Part shown: piece after piece, positions 27,462-37,810 of the stretch
How positions within the stretch are numbered: the stretch's first letter is position 1
Layout of the letters: every line of letters starts with the position of its first letter
Source of the DNA: Elusimicrobiota bacterium
GTDB lineage: Bacteria; Elusimicrobiota; Elusimicrobia; Elusimicrobiales; UBA9959
Length of the DNA stretch: 64,000 nt
Assembly (NCBI GenBank): GCA_037137395.1
Contig: JBAXKK010000001.1
Location: 1-64,000 of the forward strand
Direction: 5' to 3'
Notes under the pieces: generated by a model
Database searches by the model: none
Seen by the model: the letters and a program-made list of their open reading frames with translations, nothing else
Told to the model about the DNA's origin: nothing
Program-made: the position numbers and the translations under genes

Positions 27462-29116
27462 AATAAACGGGCGTTACCGGGAGATCTTATCATGGCTAAA
27501 AACACAAAAAATGATACCAATAAAATTCCGAAAAGGCATAAAAGGTTCCCGTGTTTTGAGTAAAAAGTCCGATGCTCCATAAGCTGAATTTTGGCGGTCA
27601 TGGAGCCGCGCTCTTTTACCTCCAGCCTTCTCACAACCCGCCCTGTCGGATCTATCACGGCGCTTATGCCGGTGTTTACTGCTCTTATAAAAAACCTTCT
27701 GTTCTCTATGGCCCGCAAAGCGCTTAGATTTAAATGCTGTTCGGGCGACATGGTGTATCCGAAGCGCGCCTCATTAGTGATATTAAACAAAACATTTGCC
27801 CCTTTTGAAGAGAATCTTCTTGAGGCTTCGGTATAGAGGTCCTCGTAGCATATCACCACTCCCGCTTTGACCTTGGCGAAGTTCAGGGGCGCCGAAATAG
27901 CGCCGGGTGAAATATCGTCGGAGTATGGGAATATCCTGTATAAACGAGGAAAGAGGCCGCCCAGCGGTATGAATTCCCCGAAGGGGAAAAGATATCTCTT
28001 TTCCGTCAATCCTAAAAGTTCCCTTTCCGGGCCGGTAATAAACGCGATATTGCGCTTGGACGCGCTCTGCGGCGGAGGTCCTTCCGATTTGCCCGTAAAA
28101 CGGCCCTTTGCCCCCATAAGCATCGTCGTCTTGTAGGGGACCTCGGCTTTTAAAGTGCGCGCGAAGCCGGGATTGAATATTGATTTTTCTCCGGAGGAAT
28201 CCCTGAATGTTCCATACTCGGCGATCCGGTCATATACGGATTCCGGCCAGATCACAATATCGGTAGCGGTTGTCTTTAAAACTTCAGACGTCAGCCGGCG
28301 GTATACGCCAAGTGTTTCGGCATCTTCAACCTGGCCGGCGCCCTGTATTACTGATACGTTGATGGAATGCCCGCGCGCGGTTTCGGTTTTCATGAGGGCG
28401 TCTATTTGTCTGATCCTCAGAGACCCGTAATACTCGTTAAGCGAGATCAGGCCACAGAACGCGCCGAAGATAGCTATGGCGGAAGAAAGGCCGCGCAAAC
28501 CGCTGGGTATGGGTTCAGATTTGCGCTCCCATAATGTCTTTACCAGAAGACAAGCCGCCGCGTTGAACCCGAGTATGAGCCAAAGCAGGCCGGGCGGCCC
28601 GAAAACTTCCAGGATTTGCACTTGCGGAAGATGAAAATACTGGGTGTTGGCGAAATAAACTGGGAAAAGCATGGGAAAAAAGCGTTCTACCGCCGCCATT
28701 ACAGGCGCGGCGGCCCAGATAAGGGTGATCTCCTTGCGCCAACCCATGCGCTTAAATAAATAATCACTCAAAGCGCTTGCGGCGCCTGTTAAGATGGCGA
28801 ACATGAGGCCGTGCCAGGCGAAGAAGGCCAGGAGCAGCGGCAGCGCCGCCGCAAAATTAATCCCAAGGAATTTTAAAAGGGGCGAGATGAACCAGTATAT
28901 TCCGGACAGCCAGGCGAAAATGCCGAAGAGCCAGCCCTTTAAAAAAGCCGTTTTCCAATCCCCTCTCAGAATTATCCAAAAAAGCGGCACAAAAACAAAC
29001 CAGAACAGCCAGCCGTAATTTCCGGGCCAAAAACAAATTCCCGTCGCGATGCCGGCCGCGATAAGCGCGCAAGTCTCAATTAAAGCTGGGAGCCTAAAGG
29101 GATTTAATCGTTTCAT
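27458..29116 (-). CDS. lnt: Apolipoprotein N-acyltransferase paralog
   Basis: TM domain + nitrilase triad WPES, KRYLFPFGE, ICYE; RAIE, NTGIS. Confidence 0.88.
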   Translation of the reverse strand: MKRLNPFRLPALIETCALIAAGIATGICFWPGNYGWLFWFVFVPLFWIILRGDWKTAFLKGWLFGIFAWLSGIYWFISPLLKFLGINFAAALPLLLAFFAWHGLMFAILTGAASALSDYLFKRMGWRKEITLIWAAAPVMAAVERFFPMLFPVYFANTQYFHLPQVQILEVFGPPGLLWLILGFNAAACLLVKTLWERKSEPIPSGLRGLSSAIAIFGAFCGLISLNEYYGSLRIRQIDALMKTETARGHSINVSVIQGAGQVEDAETLGVYRRLTSEVLKTTATDIVIWPESVYDRIAEYGTFRDSSGEKSIFNPGFARTLKAEVPYKTTMLMGAKGRFTGKSEGPPPQSASKRNIAFITGPERELLGLTEKRYLFPFGEFIPLGGLFPRLYRIFPYSDDISPGAISAPLNFAKVKAGVVICYEDLYTEASRRFSSKGANVLFNITNEARFGYTMSPEQHLNLSALRAIENRRFFIRAVNTGISAVIDPTGRVVRRLEVKERGSMTAKIQLMEHRTFYSKHGNLLCLFGILLVSFFVFLAMIRSPGNARLL

Positions 29117-30318
29117 GACAGGGGTTTCGCTTCTATATGGTCTGCCGAGTGAATCAGATACCGATAGCCGCCCCAAACCACTTCACGCCGGCACAGCGAA
29201 GCGATAAAATTAATAGCATAAACGAGTTGCAACGAAACAGCCAGCAATGGGTAATAGATAGCGGCGCGTAAAATACCGCGGATGGAGAGCCTGGCCTGAT
29301 TTCCAGTGTCGCCGCGCCAGCATGATTTAAAGGCGCGTGAAATTAAGGAGAGGTTCGCTATGTCGGCCAAAAAAAGAGCCGTTACCGGTACAAACTCGGC
29401 GCGTTGCAGCGCCCACCAGACGGCATAAAACTTGAAAAAAGTAAGCAAAACCCCCGGGAGCCATACGGCTTTTGCGTAGAATCGGAAATATAGCGTCCAC
29501 CGATTCAGAATCAAAAAAAACCGGCGCCTGTCCCAGCTGTCCATGGAGCGCGGGATCGCGCGGGATACAAAATAGACTTTCCTGCCGGACCGCCTCACCA
29601 ATCGCGTCAATGTTAAGTCCTCGCAAAGGGAAGTCCGCCATGCGCGCGGTACATTCAGGAGCGCAAAATCCTTCCTGCTTATCGCCAGGGAGTTGCCTGA
29701 AATGATATTCATGAGCTCCATATATATGACGCCGCCGGAAACCCATGCTTGCATCAGGTGCCCCCAGAGATCATCCGGGGCTGGCGCGGGTAAAGTATGG
29801 GCTGTGGTCACTATTACATCGGGATTTTCCAACGGACGGACCATGCCTGTCAGCCAGTCGCGCGGAACGGTAAGATCGCAATCGGCAAAAAGCAGGACTT
29901 CCGAATTTTCCGACACATGTTCGCAGCCGTATAATATGTTCAATATTTTCTCGCTGCAGGCTGAAGCTGAGGCGCCGGAAGATATGAGAACGCTCCGGCG
30001 CGGCCCCGGCCGGGAAAGAATGGCCTCCAGTTTTTTAAAAGCCGGATCGCCGCGTGACGGGACGACAAAAATATATTCGGCCTCACCGGGATAATCCTGT
30101 TCTAAAATGGAGTTGATGTTGGATTCTAAATTTTCCGGGGATCCCTTGCAGGGAACAATAACCGACACGCGGGCGGGAGGATCGCGGAAAGGTTTTGCGG
30201 GCCGGGGTCGGGCGCGAAAAAAGAAACGCAGGGTGATCAGCAACTGCGCTGTTCCGACCGCGAGACAAGCGGATAACATTTCAACAGAAGAGGGAACGAT
30301 CATATATTGATCCCGCAC
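29113..30318 (-). CDS. GT2 glycosyltransferase, ceramide-glucosyltransferase/HpnI-like (start may be 30303)
   Basis: VSVIVPCKG, QDYP, CSEKILN, FADCD, CED, xxRW; N- and C-terminal TMs. Confidence 0.82.
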   Translation of the reverse strand: MRDQYMIVPSSVEMLSACLAVGTAQLLITLRFFFRARPRPAKPFRDPPARVSVIVPCKGSPENLESNINSILEQDYPGEAEYIFVVPSRGDPAFKKLEAILSRPGPRRSVLISSGASASACSEKILNILYGCEHVSENSEVLLFADCDLTVPRDWLTGMVRPLENPDVIVTTAHTLPAPAPDDLWGHLMQAWVSGGVIYMELMNIISGNSLAISRKDFALLNVPRAWRTSLCEDLTLTRLVRRSGRKVYFVSRAIPRSMDSWDRRRFFLILNRWTLYFRFYAKAVWLPGVLLTFFKFYAVWWALQRAEFVPVTALFLADIANLSLISRAFKSCWRGDTGNQARLSIRGILRAAIYYPLLAVSLQLVYAINFIASLCRREVVWGGYRYLIHSADHIEAKPLS

Positions 30319-30506
30319 TTTCCCGAAAGGGGGTGAGAAGCGGGGGTCACCGGCTTATTTCCTTTAAGCGCCGAGAATAATGTGCCTGCGCCTATAATAC
30401 CAAAAATGGTTTCCGAGCGCACGGCGCGCGCAGCGCATTAAACGCATCCCTGTTTTAAGTCCTGTAGAACAGGCTTGAAGGGTGGTTTCCGCGTATAATT
30501 CCGTGG

Positions 30507-31553
30507 TTATTTTTGGAAGTATTCCGCGCCGGTGTTGTCTATGTAAAATACTTTGCCCTCAAACACGGCTTTGGCCGCGCCGTTTTTGAAGCCCGAGACC
30601 TGATCATACTTAAATGGTATAACTTCCTTGCCAGTTTTATCAATGAAACCCCATTTAGTTTTCTGAAGGTCGCAGGCCTTTGTTACGGTGCCTTTGCAGA
30701 TATTGCCGCTGCGCGGCTTTAAGACCGGGGCTAATCCTTCGCTGAAAGATGCGCACATAAAATAAGAAAATGGTATTTTTTCAAGTCCTTCCGTGTCTAT
30801 GTATCCGCATCGGCCGGATGCGTCCAGTTGTCTTTCCGCGTGCGCCAGACCTTCGGTATAAGGCCCGATGTTGAAAAATTCTTTTGCCTTGAAAGATTTT
30901 GTTTCCAGACTGATAAATCCGTACTGCACGCGCAGGCGGGCTGAAGCGAAACCATCCTGAAAAGAAAAAGCTTCTTCATATACGGGGGGAATGGCCTCAA
31001 CGCCGGTTTTGTAGATGTATCCGTATAAGCCACCCGTCTTTACTCTGGCCAAGCCCTGGCTGAACTGAAAGATTTCATCATATTTTGTAGGAGTGAACCG
31101 TTTGGAAGTAATATCCAACACACCCCAGCGCCCGTCTTTTTTTGCCCCTGACAGGCCTTCGCTCACCTGCATAGCGCTTTCGTATTCAAAAGGGATCACG
31201 GTACGCCCGGTCTTGTCTATATACCCCCATGCGCCTTTCAGTTTTACCGGGGCCAAACCTTCGCTGAATTCCCCGGCAGCCTGGTAGGATATTGGTGATA
31301 TCAGTTTGCCGGCCGTGCCTATATAATTGTATCTGCCTCCGGATATCACCATGGCCAGGCCCTCACGGAATGGCCAGGCAAAATTAAAGCGCGGCCGGAT
31401 AATGACTTTTTTAGCTTTATCCGCGTAACCCCATAGGTGCCCGAATCTGTAGGGCATGAGAGGAGTGTCCGTTCCCTGGGCGTAAAGCACGGGCGTATAA
31501 GAAGATAGCAGGCAAATACAAAGGATGAGAGGTTTCATTTTGCGGCTCCCCAT
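30507..31553 (-). CDS. Secreted WG-repeat protein
   Basis: Repeated FSEGLA.V...G.WGYID..G...IP..Y units. Confidence 0.9.
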   Translation of the reverse strand: MGSRKMKPLILCICLLSSYTPVLYAQGTDTPLMPYRFGHLWGYADKAKKVIIRPRFNFAWPFREGLAMVISGGRYNYIGTAGKLISPISYQAAGEFSEGLAPVKLKGAWGYIDKTGRTVIPFEYESAMQVSEGLSGAKKDGRWGVLDITSKRFTPTKYDEIFQFSQGLARVKTGGLYGYIYKTGVEAIPPVYEEAFSFQDGFASARLRVQYGFISLETKSFKAKEFFNIGPYTEGLAHAERQLDASGRCGYIDTEGLEKIPFSYFMCASFSEGLAPVLKPRSGNICKGTVTKACDLQKTKWGFIDKTGKEVIPFKYDQVSGFKNGAAKAVFEGKVFYIDNTGAEYFQK

Positions 31554-31767
31554 TTTTACCAGAACATTGCTCCACCCGCGGCACCTCGCCGGATCCGCAG
31601 GCTGCTATTGGTGGAACTGATTTAATCTTATCACCTTTTCCCGGTATTATTCAAACTTCGGCATGCTATCATCCCCGCCGCGGCCGGCGCATTTTTGTAT
31701 AATGGATTTTCACCCCGATGCTTTGGCTTTCTTTGGAAAAAATGAGGGGGTTAAGTCAGGAGAACGC

Positions 31768-32253
31768 ATGAAAAAAAAGGTAGCCGTTTATCCGGGCAGT
31801 TTTGACCCCGTAACTTTCGGGCATCTTGATATTATAGATCGCGCCTCAAAGATCTTTGACCAGTTAATCGTAAGCGTTTTCGTGAACAGCGCGAAAAAAC
31901 CGATGTTCACGGTTGAGGAGCGCGTAGCCATGCTTAAGGCCGTGCTGAAAGGCAGAAAAAATGTGACAGTGGACTATTTTGAGGGGCTGCTGGTGGATTA
32001 TGTACGACGCAAAAAAACCAAGGTTGTAGTGCGGGGCCTGCGGGCTATCTCAGACCTTGAGCATGAGTTTCAGATAGCCGGAATCAACCGCACTCTTTAC
32101 CGCGAAATAGAGACCGTGTTCTTCATGCCGCGACAGCGCTACTCCTACCTGTCATCAAGCGTGGTGCGCGACATCGCTCATTTTAAAGGCGACGTTTCAA
32201 AACTGGCGCCGCCTTCCGTTGTTAAAGCCATCTCGGCTAAGAGAGCCGGATAA
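31768..32253 (+). CDS. coaD: Phosphopantetheine adenylyltransferase
   Basis: YPGSFDPVTFGH, RGLR, SSS; GGAG RBS. Confidence 0.96.
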   Translation: MKKKVAVYPGSFDPVTFGHLDIIDRASKIFDQLIVSVFVNSAKKPMFTVEERVAMLKAVLKGRKNVTVDYFEGLLVDYVRRKKTKVVVRGLRAISDLEHEFQIAGINRTLYREIETVFFMPRQRYSYLSSSVVRDIAHFKGDVSKLAPPSVVKAISAKRAG

Positions 32254-32286
32254 AGGAAAGTCGGCGTCAGTCTTTTTGTCTAAGAA

Positions 32287-32934
32287 TTAATGATCAGTGC
32301 TGGCCGGCGGCCACTGGAACTCTGAAGCCTGCCAGCGACAGCGCGCATCCGGGGTTTCACATTCGGATTTTGTCAAACGATTAGAACAATAGGTAAGTTC
32401 GTGTCCGCCTGTATTGTCCACGCAGTTACCATTTACCGTCTCCCTTCTAAAGGGCTCCTGCGCGAAGCCTTTTAAAACAATTTCCCAGCTTGCCTTGGAA
32501 ATATCGCCGCCGGCGAAAGAATCTGGAACGCTAAATTGTTCACATGTTCTGAACGGGTGGTAATTCGCCTTATATCCTCCGTTATTATCCCACTCGGTCC
32601 GTATGAAAAAGGCCATCTCCGCCTTTTTGGGGGATATGCCGGGATCGTTTGTCTTGAGCATATAGCCCGCTCCTGTATTCTTAAGAGGCAAAATCAAGGG
32701 GTTTGTCTCCACTCCCACCCAGGCGTTGATAACATCAGGGCCTTGTTTTGCCAGTTTACCGTTCGCGCGATAGCCGAACACTTTATACACGCTGTTGGCG
32801 TGCGTATTAACTTCAGCGTAGAATGATGGTCCGTCAGAGCAGGTTGTCACCGTCTGGTCTCCGGGGGCAAATTGCGCGCTTGCCGCGGAAATAGGCATGA
32901 CGCAGAACAACAACAGGATCGCTTTCTTTTTCAT
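32287..32934 (-). CDS. Secreted hypothetical protein with Cys-rich C-terminus
   Basis: Signal peptide, GAGGAG RBS, four Cys in the last ~45 aa. Confidence 0.75.
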   Translation of the reverse strand: MKKKAILLLFCVMPISAASAQFAPGDQTVTTCSDGPSFYAEVNTHANSVYKVFGYRANGKLAKQGPDVINAWVGVETNPLILPLKNTGAGYMLKTNDPGISPKKAEMAFFIRTEWDNNGGYKANYHPFRTCEQFSVPDSFAGGDISKASWEIVLKGFAQEPFRRETVNGNCVDNTGGHELTYCSNRLTKSECETPDARCRWQASEFQWPPASTDH

Positions 32935-33072
32935 ATACTCCTCCTCTGGGGATTTGACTACAAAAATATTATATCGCGGGAATTAAAAAATACGGTATCG
33001 CTATATCCTCAAAAAATAATCCGGTGGGTTTGCGCAAAACAAAAGGCCTGCTTAATTGCTAGTATTGGAGAT

Positions 33073-33999
33073 ATGAACGCAACACCGGAACACAAATTAA
33101 AGTCCGTCTCTTCTAAGGACATATCTTTTCAGGCCGAAGGCCTGATAGTGGATGAATTTAAGGACCTTAAATCTTCATTGGGGATAGTTTATTACAAGGT
33201 AGGGCCTGATTTCGCGAGTTCGGAGGCTTTGCCGCGCCCAGCGCTCATATTCGCGAGATGTCATTCAATAATTGACGTCGCGATTCCCGGCTCCAATCCT
33301 CCCGTTCAGCTTGACGCGCTTGCGACCATGCTAATCCCCGCAGGAACCGGGATCCGATTGAAATCCGTAACCGAGATATCGCATTTGGCGGTATTATGCC
33401 CAAGTCGTGCGCTGATTAAAAAAACCGCGAAAATTTACAAGATCCCCGCCAAATCACTTCTTGCTGTTTTCGGCAAGACAAAAATAATTAAGCGGACGAA
33501 CTGGCTCAATGAAATCGTCCATCGCTTTATCTTTGAGCGCATTGAGGCCGGCAACAGCGCCAATGAGGCGACCGCGTTTTTGGAGACGGAAATTTTGAAG
33601 GAAATTTATTACATCGCGGAAACATTTAAACCGTCAAAGAATGTTTTTAATCTGGAGGCGGGCAGCTTGTATGATAATGTTCCGATACTTAAGCGGGCGT
33701 TAAATTATATAGAAACCCATCTTTTTTCCGAGGTGACGATGACCGAGCTGGCAAAACACGCTCTTACCAGCGAGGCTACATTGCTAAGGGTTTTCAGCAA
33801 AGAATTTTCGAAATCACCGTTTAACTATATCGCTGACCGGCGCCTTGATGAATCTCTGGCGCTGATCCGCAATAAAAAATATTCCGTCGGCGAAATTTCC
33901 GACATTGTCGGCTATAAAACAGTCAGCGGATTTATATCGGCTTTCAGGAAAAGATTTAAATCAACTCCTTTAGCGTGGCGAAACAGCCGAAAAAAATAA
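33073..33999 (+). CDS. AraC-family transcriptional regulator
   Basis: C-terminal double HTH (VGY.TVSGFISAFRKRF..TP..WR); GGAG RBS. Confidence 0.9.
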   Translation: MNATPEHKLKSVSSKDISFQAEGLIVDEFKDLKSSLGIVYYKVGPDFASSEALPRPALIFARCHSIIDVAIPGSNPPVQLDALATMLIPAGTGIRLKSVTEISHLAVLCPSRALIKKTAKIYKIPAKSLLAVFGKTKIIKRTNWLNEIVHRFIFERIEAGNSANEATAFLETEILKEIYYIAETFKPSKNVFNLEAGSLYDNVPILKRALNYIETHLFSEVTMTELAKHALTSEATLLRVFSKEFSKSPFNYIADRRLDESLALIRNKKYSVGEISDIVGYKTVSGFISAFRKRFKSTPLAWRNSRKK

Positions 34000-34020
34000 A
34001 AAATGCGGAGAGCGCGGGGC

Positions 34021-35451
34021 TCACTTGCTCCACACGGCGTCGGTCCAGGTCACGAATTCATCCCACTGTGAGGCCCTGGAAAGCGCCAGGTCCGCGTACT
34101 TGGTTTGGGAGACGGCTGCCAGTTGAGGGGGCACGGGTTTTATTTTCATGGTCATATTGATGGCTATGCCTCCCACTTTACCGTAGTCGTAGCCGTTTAC
34201 GGTGTCGCTGTTAAGGCCCAGGCTGCGTATCACAAGCTTGTTTTTTATGAAGGTCCGCAGGCTTTCGGCGGCCTGGCGGGTTTCCTGATTCTTAGCGTTA
34301 GCTCCCGTTATGCCGGCAAAGTCGTAAAGATCTGCGTAAGGGGCTATCATCTTCTTCTTGTCCTTCTTCGGATCGAGGCTGGCGAAGCGGATCGTTCCGG
34401 CTATCGCGGTTTTTACGGCCTCAGTTTCGTTATTGCGCATGGCCGCTCCCGCGAAGGCGTCAAGGTAGGCCGGCAGGTCGTTAAGTGCAGCCGGGCGCAG
34501 GGTTGAAATGGTGGCTGTTATGGTATTAAGCGGCATATGCGCGAAGCCCACGCTGGCGCCTTCCGCGTAAAAATCGCGCTCCCAATTGATGAAGAAATCG
34601 CTTATTTGCACGTTGTCGGCGCCGGTGTTGGCGTTCATAAAGTTCAGGAGTTTCTCGTAGTCAAAGCCGTAGGCCAGCATAGTCTCTTCAGAGGCTATTA
34701 TCAGTCCGGTGTTATCCTTAACTTCATAGGCCACTTCGGCCATCTGCATCAGGCAGGCGTTCATGGCGAACACATCCACATATCCGCCCTGGCGCAGTAT
34801 TTCGCCCAGTTCGCCGGTGCGGACATAGTTCTTGGTCTCATCATCAAAAAGTATGCCCTTGTCGGTAGTGGCGGTTCCGGCCCCCGGAATCTCCATCACC
34901 GGGTCTATCCAGCCGAGGCCGTGGTTCCAGAGGATGAGCATATATTTCCTGGAGGGGAAGGTTTGCTTGGACCATTTTACGAAGTCTATAACGCGCTTAT
35001 AGTCCCCCATGTCGGCTTTGGGGTCCTGGCTGTAAACTTTTTCGCCGCTGGAGAAAAGGCCACCCTTGCCCACCAGCATGCGCTTTGAGCCCTTGCCCGT
35101 GGTGCCGAATTCCACTACCACGTTTACTTTGTCGGTGGTTCCGACTTTTTTCATTTCGGCTATATCTTTTTCGGCCCATTTGCCGGCAAGTCCAAACGCG
35201 GCGCTTTGGCTGAGGTTGTTTTTTGAATTCATAAAGACCATTATGGTCCACTCTTTCTGAATATCGGCCCTTGACGGGGCTATTTGTTTTTGGGAAGCGG
35301 GCGCGGCGAACCGATCAGCCGCGATAGCGGCCTTTATTTCATCCGCGTTTATTTCATTAAGGTTGAAAGAGTTCTGCGCCTTTAAACCTGAAACTATAAA
35401 AAACAGGAAAGCCGGGGTGGCTATAGCGATTTTGCCGATAATTTTTTTCAT
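34021..35451 (-). CDS. Secreted clostripain-family (C11) cysteine peptidase
   Basis: KEWTIMVFM, LWNHGLGW (His), NACLM (Cys), ASEE. Confidence 0.88.
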   Translation of the reverse strand: MKKIIGKIAIATPAFLFFIVSGLKAQNSFNLNEINADEIKAAIAADRFAAPASQKQIAPSRADIQKEWTIMVFMNSKNNLSQSAAFGLAGKWAEKDIAEMKKVGTTDKVNVVVEFGTTGKGSKRMLVGKGGLFSSGEKVYSQDPKADMGDYKRVIDFVKWSKQTFPSRKYMLILWNHGLGWIDPVMEIPGAGTATTDKGILFDDETKNYVRTGELGEILRQGGYVDVFAMNACLMQMAEVAYEVKDNTGLIIASEETMLAYGFDYEKLLNFMNANTGADNVQISDFFINWERDFYAEGASVGFAHMPLNTITATISTLRPAALNDLPAYLDAFAGAAMRNNETEAVKTAIAGTIRFASLDPKKDKKKMIAPYADLYDFAGITGANAKNQETRQAAESLRTFIKNKLVIRSLGLNSDTVNGYDYGKVGGIAINMTMKIKPVPPQLAAVSQTKYADLALSRASQWDEFVTWTDAVWSK

Positions 35452-35479
35452 TTGATGCCTCCGCATTATTTATAAATAT

Positions 35480-35522
35480 AGTTTACCCGTTATTCCCGAG
35501 GGCCATAAGGGGCCAAAGGCCC
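35480..35522 (-). promoter_or_regulatory. Putative activator-dependent promoter: GGGCC-AAA-GGCCC, 24 nt, then TAAACT
   Basis: Same layout as 2078-2120; related site near 35554-35566. Confidence 0.45.
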
Positions 35523-35687
35523 AGAAAGGGCCGCTTTAGGACCCATGGCGGTGTGGGTCTTATGCCATAATCTGAAAACGATTGGGAATGGGCGGCGCTT
35601 TGGCAATTTTACCAACTGATGAAATTAGGGCTATAATATAGACATTCGTTACGAATCATTCCAAGTCTTGGCGTAGATGGAGGACAT

Positions 35688-37649
35688 ATGGACGATAACG
35701 CTCCTGTTTTTGATTATACACCTGAGAGCATCAGGGCTTTGGCCGACAAGGTCATAAACGATTTTGAGTCCGGCGTAAAAGGTCTTGCTCTCCTCTCCAA
35801 AGAAAATCGGGATTTCAATAACACTGTGCTGGCTTTTGAGCGCGCGGTAAGCGATTTCAGCGAAGCTGTTAACATCCCAATAGCCATGGCTTATGTTTCG
35901 GATAACGCCGAAGTGCGTAAAGCCGCGCAGGAGCTGGAGTTGAGGATCAGCCAATATTCGGTGGATATTTTTACCCGGGAGGATATTTTTAACGCTCTAA
36001 ACGAATACGCCGCCAAAGGAGAGAAACTCGGGGAGGTTGAAAGCCGCCTGCTTTCAAAAACTCTGCTGGATTTTAAAAAGAACGGCCTCGGTCTGGAGCC
36101 CAAAAAAAAGAACAAGGTCAAAAAACTACTGAAGGAGCTTATAGAGCTGGAACTCAGTTTCTCCAAAAATTTGCGCGAAGTCAACGATAGCCTGCAACTG
36201 ACCCTTGAAGAGCTGAAGGGGATGCCGGAAGACTTTATCAGCCGCCTTAAAAAAAATTCGGACGGCAAGTATCTCGTCACTATGAATTATCCGGATTATA
36301 TCCCGTTCATGGACAACGCGGAATCGGACGGGGCCAGAAAGCGGTTGGAAGCCATGTTCAACGACCGCTGCGCTGCTGTCAATGTCAGGCTGATGGAAGA
36401 CGCAATCGTCCTCAGGCGCAAGATCGCCGTGCTTATCGGCTATCCTAACTTCGCGGATTACATGCTGGACGACCGCATGGCCAAGAACAGCGCTAATGTA
36501 ATAGAGTTTCTTGAACGCACCTGGGCCAAGCTCAGGAAGAAGGGCCGCAAAGAACTGCGCCAGCGGGCAAAGTTGAAGAACACGCGCGTCGGCGGGCTGG
36601 ATAAGACACTGGACGCTTGGGAATGGCGCTATTATAACAACCAGCTCAAGAAAGAAAAGTACGCCCTGGACCACGAGAAGATAAAGGAATATTTTCCGCT
36701 GGAGACCGTAATCAAGGGGATGTTTGATGTTTTCGGGCGCGTGTTCGCCGTAAAGTTTGAGCCGGCGGATCTGCCCGTATGGCATAAGGACGCGCGCGCT
36801 TACAAGGTGAAAAATGTTGACGGGTCCACGGCCGCCTATTTCTACTTTGACCTGTTCCCGCGCGACGGAAAGTACAAGCACGCCGCGTGCTTCGGGCTGC
36901 GCCACGGCCGCGAAGACAAAGACGGAGCCTACATCGTGCCGGCCGCGGCTATCGTGGCTAATTTCCCCAGCCCATGCGCCGGCGCTCCTTCGCTGATGAA
37001 ATTCGACGATCTGGTGACGCTGTTCCACGAATTCGGCCATGTCACGCATAATATTTTCACAAAGGCTAAATACGGCAAGTTCTCCGGCACCAGCGTCTCG
37101 CGCGATTTTGTGGAAGTGCCCTCCAAGATGCTGGAGAACTGGGCCTATTACGGCGAAGTTCTTAAGCAGGTCTCCGGGCATTATAAAAGGCCGGAAGAGA
37201 AACTTCCGGACGGCCTCATAAAAAAAATCATAAGCACTAAAAACATGGACTCAGGGCTGGTTTATCTCAGACAGATCTTTTTCAGCATTCTTGACCTCAG
37301 GTATCACACCGCTAAAGGAAAGGTGGACACCACCAGGCTTTATGAGAAGCTGATGAAAAAAATATCCCTCATCCCGATGAGTTCCGGCACGCACCCGGCC
37401 GCGAGTTTCGGCCACCTGATGGGCGGCTACGAGGCCGGCTATTACAGCTATCTCTGGTCTGAGTTGATCGCGGCGGACCTTTTCTCCGTTTTTGAGGAGA
37501 AAGGGATCATGGATCCCGCCACCGGCGCCCGCTACCGCGAACTTATACTCGCGCCGGGCAGAAGTTACGACGAGGCCGGCCAGGTGGAAAAGTTTCTGGG
37601 CCGACCCGCCGCAGAAGAGGCGTTCCTGAGGAGCATAGACGCTGCGTAA
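35688..37649 (+). CDS. M3A metallopeptidase (thimet oligopeptidase-like)
   Basis: FHEFGH, DFVEVPS, PRDGKYKHAA, GYYSYLWSE. Confidence 0.93.
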   Translation: MDDNAPVFDYTPESIRALADKVINDFESGVKGLALLSKENRDFNNTVLAFERAVSDFSEAVNIPIAMAYVSDNAEVRKAAQELELRISQYSVDIFTREDIFNALNEYAAKGEKLGEVESRLLSKTLLDFKKNGLGLEPKKKNKVKKLLKELIELELSFSKNLREVNDSLQLTLEELKGMPEDFISRLKKNSDGKYLVTMNYPDYIPFMDNAESDGARKRLEAMFNDRCAAVNVRLMEDAIVLRRKIAVLIGYPNFADYMLDDRMAKNSANVIEFLERTWAKLRKKGRKELRQRAKLKNTRVGGLDKTLDAWEWRYYNNQLKKEKYALDHEKIKEYFPLETVIKGMFDVFGRVFAVKFEPADLPVWHKDARAYKVKNVDGSTAAYFYFDLFPRDGKYKHAACFGLRHGREDKDGAYIVPAAAIVANFPSPCAGAPSLMKFDDLVTLFHEFGHVTHNIFTKAKYGKFSGTSVSRDFVEVPSKMLENWAYYGEVLKQVSGHYKRPEEKLPDGLIKKIISTKNMDSGLVYLRQIFFSILDLRYHTAKGKVDTTRLYEKLMKKISLIPMSSGTHPAASFGHLMGGYEAGYYSYLWSELIAADLFSVFEEKGIMDPATGARYRELILAPGRSYDEAGQVEKFLGRPAAEEAFLRSIDAA

Positions 37650-37665
37650 GCGGCTGTTCCAGCCG

Positions 37666-37792
37666 CGCTATAAGGCCGTAAGCCATAAGCAGAAAGACAG
37701 CGGTCAAAGAAGCTATACGTTCAGAGATAGCGCGACAGAGTATCTGATTTGAGGTTTCTGCGTATGGCATAACGCATATGGCGAGTGGCAAA
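37666..37792. repeat. Inverted heptamer array (GCCRTAA units / TATGGC units)
   Basis: gccgtaa gccataa gcagaaa ... tttctgc gtatggc ataacgc atatggc. Confidence 0.65.
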
Positions 37793-37810
37793 AATGCCCG
37801 GCATTTTTTT

